Shown here one piece after another: positions 25,326-34,471 of a DNA stretch of 50,565 nt (the first letter of the stretch is position 1; each line of letters opens with the position of its first letter). Position numbers and translations under genes: made by a program. This DNA is from a virus. The stretch lies in the IMG/VR virus record IMGVR_UViG_3300045988_176358; one strand, given 5' to 3'. The notes below the pieces were generated by a model. It had not been told where the DNA came from and ran no database searches. It saw only the letters and a program-made list of their open reading frames with translations.

Positions 25326-25659
25326 CATAAGCGATATGCTGAACGGCATCACGGAGACTGAATCAAAACTCGATATTGCCGTTGGCATGCTTTGTGAAAC
25401 AGCTGCAAAGAATCTTGAGGGAGACGCAAAGGAACAAGCAAAGTGGACAGACAGAACAGGTGCTGCACGTCAGCGGCTACAGGGTTATACATACCGGACC
25501 ACCACTGGTTGGCGTATTGTATTGGCTCATGGGGTTGATTATGGTATCTGGCTAGAACTTGCAAATGAAAAGCGATTCGCAATTGTCGGTCCACTCATTG
25601 ACCTTGCAAGTCCATACATTCTAAAGGATTTCGAAAACCTAATGAGCAAAATCAAGTAG
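25309..25659 (+). CDS. Tail-completion / neck protein candidate (HK97 gp10-like position).
   Basis: ATG 25309 (MGLNFDISD...). The ORF track starts at 25255. Confidence 0.5.
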   Translation: MGLNFDISDMLNGITETESKLDIAVGMLCETAAKNLEGDAKEQAKWTDRTGAARQRLQGYTYRTTTGWRIVLAHGVDYGIWLELANEKRFAIVGPLIDLASPYILKDFENLMSKIK

Positions 25660-25674
25660 CTTGGGGGTGAGCTG

Positions 25675-26040
25675 ATGGCTGAAAAAAGCGTATGGCAATT
25701 GATTTTTGACCATCTTAAAGACGATGGGTTTGATGTATTTTCTCCAGGTCAGCATATTGGGGAATGTCTCTCGAAATACGTTGTCTTAAAAGATGCTGGC
25801 TCCAGCCGATACAATACCTACTCTACAGACACTTACCTTTACGATGTCATGTGCTATGTTCCAGCAAACACATTCTCAAGCCTTGAGCCATTTGTTGCAG
25901 CAGTAGAAAGTTCTCTCAAGAAGATGTTCCCTCTCATCAAGCCAACAGGGTATCACACCCCGTCTTTTCTTGATGATACAAACAAATCCTATATGGTCTC
26001 TCTGCAGTACTCAAACTACAGAAAGGTCTTTTATAACTGA
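25675..26040 (+). CDS. Tail terminator / completion candidate.
   Basis: 121 aa. Assigned by position only. Confidence 0.5.
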   Translation: MAEKSVWQLIFDHLKDDGFDVFSPGQHIGECLSKYVVLKDAGSSRYNTYSTDTYLYDVMCYVPANTFSSLEPFVAAVESSLKKMFPLIKPTGYHTPSFLDDTNKSYMVSLQYSNYRKVFYN

Positions 26041-26054
26041 AAGGAGTGAACAAA

Positions 26055-26651
26055 ATGGCAGTCAAACGCGGGACTGAAATCCCCACAATTGACGTTGTTC
26101 TGGTGACCTACAAGCCCAGTGGCAGCGAAGATGAGATTGCAATGGATACGGCATCTAAAATTGCCGTGACTCCACAAACAGAGACTACTGATGCTGTCAA
26201 GCTCATTATCAAAGGTGTACTCAAAGCACAGAAGCCTCAAAAAGTCACAATCACTGGTAACACCATTGTTCTGACGGACAACGTATTCACGCCGGAGCTG
26301 GTGAAAGCTCTTCAGGGTGGTGTTATCAAATGGTGGACCAGTGCTGAAAAAACCACGGAGGGTACTGAGCCCACTGAGTTCGGAATTTCTTCTTATACAC
26401 CGCCTGTCGCGGGTAGTACTGAACAAATTCCTGCAGGCACCCTGTGTGCCTACTCTGCGCAGTATAACGCTGCAGGCCTGATTGTTCAGTACGAAAAAAT
26501 CGAGTATCCAAACTGCCAGGGCACCCCGATTGCATTGAGCAGTGAAGATGATGTGTTCCGTGCTCCGGAATACACAATTAACTCCATGCCCAATACAGAT
26601 GAGCCGCCCTACAAAATCAACTATGTAAAGACGCTGCCCAGCGTCTCCTGA
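26055..26651 (+). CDS. Major tail protein.
   Basis: About 198 aa directly upstream of the chaperone pair and tape measure. RBS AAGGAG 8 nt before ATG 26055. Confidence 0.7.
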   Translation: MAVKRGTEIPTIDVVLVTYKPSGSEDEIAMDTASKIAVTPQTETTDAVKLIIKGVLKAQKPQKVTITGNTIVLTDNVFTPELVKALQGGVIKWWTSAEKTTEGTEPTEFGISSYTPPVAGSTEQIPAGTLCAYSAQYNAAGLIVQYEKIEYPNCQGTPIALSSEDDVFRAPEYTINSMPNTDEPPYKINYVKTLPSVS

Positions 26652-26662
26652 GGAGGATAAAA

Positions 26663-27055
26663 ATGGCAGAAGCACTGCAAATCACAAATTTTGCTGACCT
26701 TGAAACATACTCTAAAGGTCAGCTCGTTGAGCTGCCTGCTTTTGCTGAGGGCCAGCCGTTTGTTGCTCGGATTAAACGTCCGAGCATGCTGGCTCTTATC
26801 AAAAGTGGTAAAATCCCGAACAGTCTTATAAAAACGGCAAGTCAGCTTTTTGCCGAGGGTATGCCGGATACGGAAGCCGATGACAAAGCGATGACCAATC
26901 TTTTTGACATCCTGGACCGTGTAGCTGAGGCTTGCCTTGTTGAGCCGACGTATCAACAAATCAAAGAAGCGGGTATGGAACTGAGTGATGACCAATACAT
27001 GTTCATCTTCAATTATACCCAACGGGGTGTCAAGGCACTCGAATCGTTTCGTTAA
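26663..27055 (+). CDS. Tail assembly chaperone (gpG-like).
   Basis: 130 aa between the major tail and tape measure genes. RBS GAGGAGG. Confidence 0.7.
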   Translation: MAEALQITNFADLETYSKGQLVELPAFAEGQPFVARIKRPSMLALIKSGKIPNSLIKTASQLFAEGMPDTEADDKAMTNLFDILDRVAEACLVEPTYQQIKEAGMELSDDQYMFIFNYTQRGVKALESFR

Positions 27056-27278
27056 ATCCCCAGAGATTGTTGGGTTTGTTGCGATGTGTAAAATGTATCG
27101 CAAAATGCCAAGCGAAATTTTGGGACTTGAAGATACTTATACAGCGTATTGTCTAAATGAGGCTTGCGCTTACATCATGCAGCAGCTCAATCAGAAAAAA
27201 GAGCCACGTTTTCGCGTGGAGTACAAGACTTTTTCTGAGCTTTATAGCCAATATGAGAATGGGGGTGGAGCAACTTGA
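26985..27278 (+). CDS. gpT-like overlapping ORF, either a possible frameshift extension of the chaperone or an independent small gene.
   Basis: The ORF overlaps the 3' end of 26663..27055 in the +1 (= -2) frame and ends at the tape measure start. It contains ...EILGLEDTYTAYCLNEACAYI. Confidence 0.4.
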   Translation: MMTNTCSSSIIPNGVSRHSNRFVKSPEIVGFVAMCKMYRKMPSEILGLEDTYTAYCLNEACAYIMQQLNQKKEPRFRVEYKTFSELYSQYENGGGAT

Positions 27279-29575
27279 GTGTAGATGTTGGCAAGGCAAT
27301 AGGATATCTTGACCTTGATACATCAGGCTTCAAAAAGGGTTTTAAATCTGCCCTTGATGATTTAAATGTCTTCAAAGACAAAGCTGCAACAGCCTCAGAC
27401 AAACTTCTTGGCCTTGGAAACGCAATGACAAGCGTGGGTTCGTCTATGACGAAAAATGTAACATTGCCTATTGTTGGTGCTGGCACTGCTATTATGGCAG
27501 TGGGTAATAAATTTGAAGCACAAATGTCTCGTGTCCAGGGTATCGCAGGTGCTACAGAAGAAGACCTCAAAGCCCTCACTGACCAAGCCATAGACCTCGG
27601 TGCTAAAACATCGTTCTCTGCAACAGAAGCTGCCTTGGGTATGGAAAATCTTGCCAGTGCGGGCTTTAATACAAAAGAAATTATGTCGGCAATGCCTGGT
27701 CTACTTGACTTGGCTGCTTCCTCTGGTGCTGACCTAGCAGTTGCCTCAGAAATTGCTGCTTCTGCAGTTAGAGGCTTTGGCCTTGAGGCAAAAGACACAG
27801 CCCATGTGGCTGATGTTTTTGCAGAAGCTGCTGCGCGCACAAATGCACAGACTGAGGACATGGGCGAGGCAATGAAGTATATTGCTCCTGTCGCAAATGC
27901 AATGGGTCAATCGTTGGAGATGACTGCTGCTGCGGTTGGTATTATGTCAGACGCAGGTATTAAAGGCAGTCAAGCAGGCACATCACTTCGTGGTGCTTTA
28001 TCTCGACTAGCAAAACCCACGGATGCAATGACTGACAAAATGAATGAACTTGGGCTGACATTCTATGATGCCGAGGGAAATATGCTCCCACTTACAGGGA
28101 TTGTAGAGCAGCTTGAAACTGGATTCGAGGGTTTAACTCAAGAGCAGCGAAATAATGCTCTTGTCACTCTGTTTGGTCAGGAGTCTTTGTCTGGTATGCT
28201 AGCTCTTATGCAGCGTGGCCCAGATGAATTACAAGCCATGACAGATGGTTTCGTAAATTGTAGCGGAGCCGCTGGTGATATGGCTGATGTAATGTTAGAC
28301 AATACCAGTGGTGCTATCGAAGAAATGATGGGTTCTATTGAAACACTGGCAATCAAACTTCAGCAAGTTCTTGCACCCACGGTAACTTCTGTTGTAAAAA
28401 GTATCACAGACTTTGTAAATAAACTCAGTTCTGCTAATGAGAACACGCTTAAACTTGTAACAAATATTGCATTAGTTCTTGCAGCAATTGGTCCTGTGCT
28501 GTTGATTGTAGGAAAGGTCACAAAGGGTATAGGGTCAATAATTCATGTGGTTTCTACTCTAAAGACAACTTTCTTAGCAGTAAAAGGCTTTATGATAGCA
28601 GCAGGAGCCTCATTGAGCAGTATACTCATCCCAATAGCTGCTATAATAGCTGCTGTACTACTTTTAAAAGTTGCATGGGACAATAACCTTGGTGGCATGC
28701 AAGAAAAGGTAGCAGAGCTATGGGCACGCTTGCAAGAAGCATTCACAGCAATCATTGGTGTCCTGCAGTGGTTTGTAGAGCTTTTCTCTCAGATGTGGGA
28801 AAGCAACTGGATGGGCATACAAGACTATTTTAACTATGTTGTAGATAATATAGCAACAGTATTCAATGCTGTACTCGACCTCATTTTAGAAATATTTGAT
28901 TTCTTTAAGAATGTTTTCTCAGGTGATTGGGAAGCAGCTTGGGAAAATATAAAAAATATGTTTAAGATTGTTTGGGACGCAATATTCCACATACTTGGTA
29001 ATGTATTAAATATGCTTGTTGATACCCTTATAAGAGTTGGTGTTCGTCTCTTCGAGGCTGGTAAGCAAGCATTTGAAAACATTAAAAACGCCTTTACAGA
29101 CCGTTGGAACGCTATCAAAGAATGGTGGAGCAAAGCCTGTGAAGACCCAATTGGAACTCTACTGGACCTGAAAGATGCGTTCTTTGACGCTGGTTCAAAA
29201 ATATTCACATCCCTCTGGGATGGTTTGCGGTCAATTTGGGACAGTATTGTTGGCTGGGTTAACGATGCTATTGATTGGATAAAAGAAAAAGTTGCTTTCT
29301 GGCAAAGTGAAAGTGCAAAAGTCAGCACTGGAAACCCAAGAGCGGGTGGAGGCAGCTTCTCTCATGCTTCTGGCCTTGATTATGTGCCATACGACGGATA
29401 TCCGGCAATTCTTCATGAGGGTGAAGCAGTCCTTACAAAGCAAGAAAACAAAGAGGGTAAAAGGTCGAGTTCAGGCGGCGACATTTTCAATTTCTACAGC
29501 CCTGAAAGCATTGATGCTGTGACAGCGGCCAGAGAATTCAAAAAGGTTAAACAAGAATTGGCAGAGGGTATATAG
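27275..29575 (+). CDS. Tail tape measure protein.
   Basis: 766 aa. TP901-type core (AQMSRVQGIAGATEEDLKALTDQAIDLGAKTSFSATEAALGMENLASAGF), hydrophobic central segments and W-rich C-terminal repeats. TTG start after GGGGGTGGAG. Confidence 0.9.
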   Translation: MSVDVGKAIGYLDLDTSGFKKGFKSALDDLNVFKDKAATASDKLLGLGNAMTSVGSSMTKNVTLPIVGAGTAIMAVGNKFEAQMSRVQGIAGATEEDLKALTDQAIDLGAKTSFSATEAALGMENLASAGFNTKEIMSAMPGLLDLAASSGADLAVASEIAASAVRGFGLEAKDTAHVADVFAEAAARTNAQTEDMGEAMKYIAPVANAMGQSLEMTAAAVGIMSDAGIKGSQAGTSLRGALSRLAKPTDAMTDKMNELGLTFYDAEGNMLPLTGIVEQLETGFEGLTQEQRNNALVTLFGQESLSGMLALMQRGPDELQAMTDGFVNCSGAAGDMADVMLDNTSGAIEEMMGSIETLAIKLQQVLAPTVTSVVKSITDFVNKLSSANENTLKLVTNIALVLAAIGPVLLIVGKVTKGIGSIIHVVSTLKTTFLAVKGFMIAAGASLSSILIPIAAIIAAVLLLKVAWDNNLGGMQEKVAELWARLQEAFTAIIGVLQWFVELFSQMWESNWMGIQDYFNYVVDNIATVFNAVLDLILEIFDFFKNVFSGDWEAAWENIKNMFKIVWDAIFHILGNVLNMLVDTLIRVGVRLFEAGKQAFENIKNAFTDRWNAIKEWWSKACEDPIGTLLDLKDAFFDAGSKIFTSLWDGLRSIWDSIVGWVNDAIDWIKEKVAFWQSESAKVSTGNPRAGGGSFSHASGLDYVPYDGYPAILHEGEAVLTKQENKEGKRSSSGGDIFNFYSPESIDAVTAAREFKKVKQELAEGI

Positions 29576-29585
29576 GAGGTGCCAT

Positions 29586-31328
29586 ATGGTTGAAAGTATT
29601 GTATTGGTGAACAAGAGCCTTGGCACCTCTTTGCCAATTAACATGGCAACAAGAGACTATGTGCTCGAAAACGTTGATTGGGGAGCAATAGAAAGCTCCA
29701 ACAAATCCTACAAATTTATCAATCAAGTCGGTGTGTATGTAACAGGGACAACTCTTGAATCACGAACAATTTCAATTCTGGGTTGGGTTGTTGCTGACAC
29801 TATTGAAGACATGAAGAGGAGAAAAAAATTCCTCAACTCTTTTGTAAATCCGCTTCAAAGAATAGATTTACAGTACAATGAATATCGAATTGAGGGCATA
29901 CCAGAAACCTCTATAAAGTATGGCAGTGAAATGCCGGAAAACAATGAGGTCATGTGCAAATTCCTTATCAATTTGTTCTGTCCTGACCCAATGTTTTACA
30001 CACAAAATGGTTCCTATGTATCAGTTGCAAACTGGGCACCAAAGTTTAAGTTCCCTCTCATCATTCCCTCAGGGAATTATGTAACCTATGGAGACACTCC
30101 ACAAGGAGGAACTCTTGAAAATCCTGTAGAACTCACTGGTGTCTCTCAGTTTACAGTAAAAAATCAGCTGTATCAGCCGAAACTGGTCAGGCCGCTACGT
30201 CGTGTTGACCAAGTGAAAGACGAGTTGCAGACATGTTTTAAGAGCGTCTACGACAAGAGGATTGTGTTGGATGGAACGGAGAGCTGGAAACTAAGTGGCG
30301 CGGGTGTTACTTATTTGATATTAGTTAACGGTATAGCGGCAGGAGACCATATCGCGTCCAGCTATCTCAAAGCTTATGAAAATGACAAGTTGTATGGGAA
30401 GAAGGTGGGCATCGCTGCGTCCTCGCGTAGCGGGACAATCCGAGTATATCTACCCGATAACGCCAACCCTAGTGAATATTTTGAAACGAAGCCTCTTACA
30501 GTATACTATCAGAGCACCGCCTACGACGGCACCAACGGATTATATATTCAGCAGACCACCTACAATGTGGGCTTTGTGGAGCTGGATGGGACGGAGGATG
30601 TCGTATTTGATACCTACGGAAATACTCAGAAACGGATACGCTTTGATTTAGACAGAAATGCAATTGCGCGGTATGCATTGAAATTTTCACATGGTAACCC
30701 CGGGGATACTCCGACCGTTACAGGGGGGATATCTGCAAGTTTCAACCGTGACATGCTGAATCGCTTGCAAATCATTTGTAGCCCCGACACATGGACAGCA
30801 TTAGGTGTTACAGATACGGCGACTGCAAAAACATGGCTTGCTGCACAAAAAGCAGCAGGCACGCCCGTCCAAGTAGCCTACCAGCTCGCCACACCGGAAG
30901 TGTACGCCACCGACCCTATAAAAATAGGTGGCCACGGTATCATTATGGGTCTTAGAAGCCCATCTACAATTGCAACAATAACAAATACAGGCGCCTTGCC
31001 TTGTGGGTTTATCATCACATTTCAGGCTTCTGGAACTGTTGAGAATCCAAAAATTATTGACATCAATACACAAGAGTACATTCGTTTGAGCCATACAATG
31101 CAAGCAGGTGAAGTCATTCGAATAAGTACTCTCGACAACAATAAGACAGTTCGTCAGATTATTGGTGAAGATTCAATAAATGCATTCAATTTCCTTGATT
31201 TTGCAAATTCAACATTTTTACAGCTTGCTGTTGGCATAAACTATCTACGCTACGATGCAGATTCTGGTCTTGACAACCTTTCTGTAGAATTTAAGTTTGA
31301 CCCAAGATATCTGGAGGTGCAAGAGTAA
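29586..31328 (+). CDS. Distal tail protein (Dit, Sipho_tail family) with a large internal insertion.
   Basis: 580 aa. The N- and C-terminal parts resemble the siphovirus tail component (...NTGALPCGFIITFQASGTVENPKIIDINT). About 290 aa of higher-GC sequence is inserted at roughly 30080..30950. Confidence 0.7.
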   Translation: MVESIVLVNKSLGTSLPINMATRDYVLENVDWGAIESSNKSYKFINQVGVYVTGTTLESRTISILGWVVADTIEDMKRRKKFLNSFVNPLQRIDLQYNEYRIEGIPETSIKYGSEMPENNEVMCKFLINLFCPDPMFYTQNGSYVSVANWAPKFKFPLIIPSGNYVTYGDTPQGGTLENPVELTGVSQFTVKNQLYQPKLVRPLRRVDQVKDELQTCFKSVYDKRIVLDGTESWKLSGAGVTYLILVNGIAAGDHIASSYLKAYENDKLYGKKVGIAASSRSGTIRVYLPDNANPSEYFETKPLTVYYQSTAYDGTNGLYIQQTTYNVGFVELDGTEDVVFDTYGNTQKRIRFDLDRNAIARYALKFSHGNPGDTPTVTGGISASFNRDMLNRLQIICSPDTWTALGVTDTATAKTWLAAQKAAGTPVQVAYQLATPEVYATDPIKIGGHGIIMGLRSPSTIATITNTGALPCGFIITFQASGTVENPKIIDINTQEYIRLSHTMQAGEVIRISTLDNNKTVRQIIGEDSINAFNFLDFANSTFLQLAVGINYLRYDADSGLDNLSVEFKFDPRYLEVQE

Positions 31329-32431
31329 TGGATTTCTATATCTTTACTCAAGACTATGTTCCTCTGGGTATTGTATCAACTCCAACAGCAGTGACTTATA
31401 CAGAAAAATTTCAATCAAGAGGCTCATTTGAACTCTATCTTCCCCTTAACACAGACAATATCTTGCTTATGAAAAAAGAACGAGTGGTGCTGCTTGATGC
31501 TGCAAGAAAACTTGCTGGTGTTATTGGGATTGTGAAAAAAGAAAAAGCCTCAAAGGATACAAATCAGCTTGTTGTAAAAGGCAATCTCTGTGAGGAGTAT
31601 CTTTATAGAAGAATCTGTTGGGGATTGTACGACAAAACTGGAAAAGCAAGTGCTGTAATCAAAGACATGGTTACAACTCAAGTCATCTCCCCAACAGATA
31701 CAAATAGGGCAATTGCAGATATTGTAATTGACTCAACAAGAGCTGATGTTGGTGATTCAATTGTGTTTCAAAGCACAGGTGGTAATGTTGGTGAAAACAT
31801 AGAGGGTATTTGTGGAGCAAATTCTCTTGGCTTCAGATTAGAGTATGATGCTCCAAATAAGCAGATGCCCTTTTATGTGTATGAGGGTACAGACAGAACA
31901 ATTGAGCAATCTGATGTTCCTCCTTGCATCTTCTCTTCAAACTATGAAAACATACTGAGTTCGAGTTACACCCTAAACGCTCAGGATTCAAAGAATGTTG
32001 GTCTTGTAGCAGGTGAGGGTGAGGGCTTGGCAAGAAAAACTGTATCTGTTGGAACTGCTTCTGGTAAATCAAGAAAGGAAGTTTTCATAGATGCCCGAGA
32101 TTTACAGAGTACAAACTCTGATGGCATGACAATTCCTGAGGCTGAATATCTGCAACTGCTGAAACAAAGAGGCAATGAAAAGATGGCTGACCTCAAGGAG
32201 ACAGAAAGTTTTGATTGTGTTGTGAATACCTATGGCAACATCCGATACAATGAAGATTATTTTCTAGGAGATAAAGTTACAATATTTGATGCTGAGCTCG
32301 AAATCCAACTAAATGCAGTTATTACAGAAGTAGAACATGCATTTGATTCAATTGGTGAAACAATTTATATCACATTCGGGTTTGGACCCCTCACACTAGC
32401 ACAAAAGCTCAAAGCAAAGGTGGTGCAATAA
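31328..32431 (+). CDS. Siphovirus Gp37-like baseplate/tail protein.
   Basis: The N-terminus MDFYIFTQDYVPLGIV...SFELYLP is typical of the ReqiPepy6 Gp37-like family as I recall it. Confidence 0.55.
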   Translation: MDFYIFTQDYVPLGIVSTPTAVTYTEKFQSRGSFELYLPLNTDNILLMKKERVVLLDAARKLAGVIGIVKKEKASKDTNQLVVKGNLCEEYLYRRICWGLYDKTGKASAVIKDMVTTQVISPTDTNRAIADIVIDSTRADVGDSIVFQSTGGNVGENIEGICGANSLGFRLEYDAPNKQMPFYVYEGTDRTIEQSDVPPCIFSSNYENILSSSYTLNAQDSKNVGLVAGEGEGLARKTVSVGTASGKSRKEVFIDARDLQSTNSDGMTIPEAEYLQLLKQRGNEKMADLKETESFDCVVNTYGNIRYNEDYFLGDKVTIFDAELEIQLNAVITEVEHAFDSIGETIYITFGFGPLTLAQKLKAKVVQ

Positions 32432-33492
32432 TGGAAAAAAGTTCATTTTTCAATGCCCAAATGGATGCATCTGGAGAATACGACAGAGAGTATCTGGCTG
32501 AGGACTTTGCCAGTTATTTCTCCAAGTTCATCTCAAACGGTGTATTTCCAAATCCAAGCACAGGGCTGCAAGTTATTGCAGCTGATACTCCAAACATGAC
32601 AGTCACGCTTTCTGTTGGATATGGGTACATCAATGGTTACAAATACGAAAACACTACTCCATTGACATTCAGCATTGGTGTTGCTGATGGCGTGCTGAAT
32701 CGTAAAGATGCAATCTTTATTAGATACAGTAAACTGGGTAGGGCTATCAAAGCATATAAAATCGCTGGCACTCCTGGTGCATCTGCTGTTGCGCCATCTG
32801 TTGTTAGAACTGAGGACTACTACGATTTGTGTGTAGCAATTATCAGTGTTAATGCGGGTATCACAGCAATTCCTCAATCACTCATTGAGGATACTCGGTT
32901 GAACACTTCCCTCTGTGGTATTGTCACAGGTCTCGTTGAGCAAGTTGATACAACTACCCTTTACAATCAAATTCAATCTGATTTATCCCAATTTAAAACA
33001 GTAAGCCAAGCAGAATTTGATGCTTGGTTTGAAGATATCAATGCAAAGCTGGGTACAGAGCCTGCAACAGCTCTTCAACAGCAAGTAGATGCTCTTGATG
33101 CTGCTAAAATGGATAAAACTACTTATGACTCAAATGGCGACGGTGTAGTGGATGAAGCCGAAAAAGTGTCAAATGCTCTCACCCTGAAAAATGCCGCGGG
33201 AGAAGTTGTAGCCACGTTTGATGGAAGCGAAGCGGCCATCTTGCAGCTTACTGCCGCCCTTGTGGGGGCCTTGGGGAAAACAGAGAAAGCGGCTGATTCG
33301 TCAAAACTCGCGGGACTTTCGCCTGTTATAGACAACCCCGGCCCGAGCAATCGAAATAGCTGGTATTTCCCATTTACCGGGACGAACAACAAAGACGGCA
33401 CGCGGAAATATTACGCATGTATTTACGCTGATCGTGCAACAAATCTTTCCATGAGTTTGAGCGGCACCACGCTGACAATCAACTATTCGTGA
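32431..33492 (+). CDS. Tail fiber / receptor-binding protein.
   Basis: 353 aa. The N-terminus FFNAQMDASGEYDREYLAEDFASYFSKFISNGVF is typical of Firmicutes phage fiber proteins. A coiled-coil middle follows. The C-terminal third shifts to higher GC. Confidence 0.65.
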   Translation: MEKSSFFNAQMDASGEYDREYLAEDFASYFSKFISNGVFPNPSTGLQVIAADTPNMTVTLSVGYGYINGYKYENTTPLTFSIGVADGVLNRKDAIFIRYSKLGRAIKAYKIAGTPGASAVAPSVVRTEDYYDLCVAIISVNAGITAIPQSLIEDTRLNTSLCGIVTGLVEQVDTTTLYNQIQSDLSQFKTVSQAEFDAWFEDINAKLGTEPATALQQQVDALDAAKMDKTTYDSNGDGVVDEAEKVSNALTLKNAAGEVVATFDGSEAAILQLTAALVGALGKTEKAADSSKLAGLSPVIDNPGPSNRNSWYFPFTGTNNKDGTRKYYACIYADRATNLSMSLSGTTLTINYS

Positions 33493-33504
33493 GGCGGTGA
33501 GGGC

Positions 33505-34056
33505 ATGGCTTTGGTTTTCAACAATGTTACAGTGCCGCAGAGCGGAGAGGTGCGTTTCAATAACACAGCGCTTTCCTCTGTTAAGATGGGCAGCACGGAA
33601 GTTTGGAAACGACAAAAAACGGTCTACCCCGGCGTATCGGTTGCCAATACGCAGAACCTCGGGTATGCCGCATATTTTACCGTTACAAATAGTGGATCAG
33701 ATATTAAAGTTGACGCATTCGGAGGCACTGAACGCGGATACGGCCGTGTAATGCTTGGCGGATTTAGCACGATAGGATATTCTAAACTTTTCTTTGCAAA
33801 TCTTAGTATATCACTGTCTAACTCTTTCTCTCATGCCAAAGTAGCGCTTAGTGATGTTAATGGGAATGTGGTGCAGCAGCTTATTTTCCATGAAACAGGA
33901 GAGGCTGGCGGCTTCTCTATAACCTACGCATCCAGCGATATATTTACAATCAATGCAGAAAACGGAAACTATTATTTGATGCTCGAAGTGGCTTCCGGCG
34001 CTACGGGCGGTGGTTTACATGCGACCATTCAAATGAACGGATGCTATTTGATTTAA
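33505..34056 (+). CDS. Hypothetical tail-distal protein.
   Basis: 183-aa ORF in the higher-GC segment. Confidence 0.6.
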   Translation: MALVFNNVTVPQSGEVRFNNTALSSVKMGSTEVWKRQKTVYPGVSVANTQNLGYAAYFTVTNSGSDIKVDAFGGTERGYGRVMLGGFSTIGYSKLFFANLSISLSNSFSHAKVALSDVNGNVVQQLIFHETGEAGGFSITYASSDIFTINAENGNYYLMLEVASGATGGGLHATIQMNGCYLI

Positions 34057-34074
34057 AATAAGGAGGAACAAAAA

Positions 34075-34458
34075 ATGCTGAAAGTCACACTGAAAAACGG
34101 CAATGAATACGAACTGTTGGAAGATACAACAGTATACCCCAGCGGCAGCCCGAACGCACGCAGCCGTATGGAAATCCACATGGGCGAGGATGCCATGACG
34201 GCGGCAGAGTTTGAAACAGCTTTTATGGATGAGGCTGCAACGGCGGAAATCCGATTGACAAAAACGACCGACGAGGACGACCCGAAAATCGTGTTTGACA
34301 CGGTGTACCAGCACTATTGCCTTGTGGCGAGCATCGGCAAAAAGCGCGTGAGCAAAACAGACATTGCCACCGGGCAGGTCGTTGAAGAAATGCACCTTGT
34401 GGCCGAGCTGGAGCAGCGCACCTACATCGAACAGCAGCTTGCCGCGCTGGGGCTATAA
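34075..34458 (+). CDS. Hypothetical protein.
   Basis: 127-aa ORF with RBS AAGGAGG. Confidence 0.65.
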   Translation: MLKVTLKNGNEYELLEDTTVYPSGSPNARSRMEIHMGEDAMTAAEFETAFMDEAATAEIRLTKTTDEDDPKIVFDTVYQHYCLVASIGKKRVSKTDIATGQVVEEMHLVAELEQRTYIEQQLAALGL

Positions 34459-34471
34459 AGGAGGGTAAGCT

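Noticed and set aside
27187-27861. A 224-aa minus-strand ORF, and similar antisense ORFs inside the tape measure gene (28543..28755, 28834..29328).
   Set aside because: They are antisense to a tape measure gene with a clear TP901-type core. The Ala/Ser-rich content is typical of a shadow frame.
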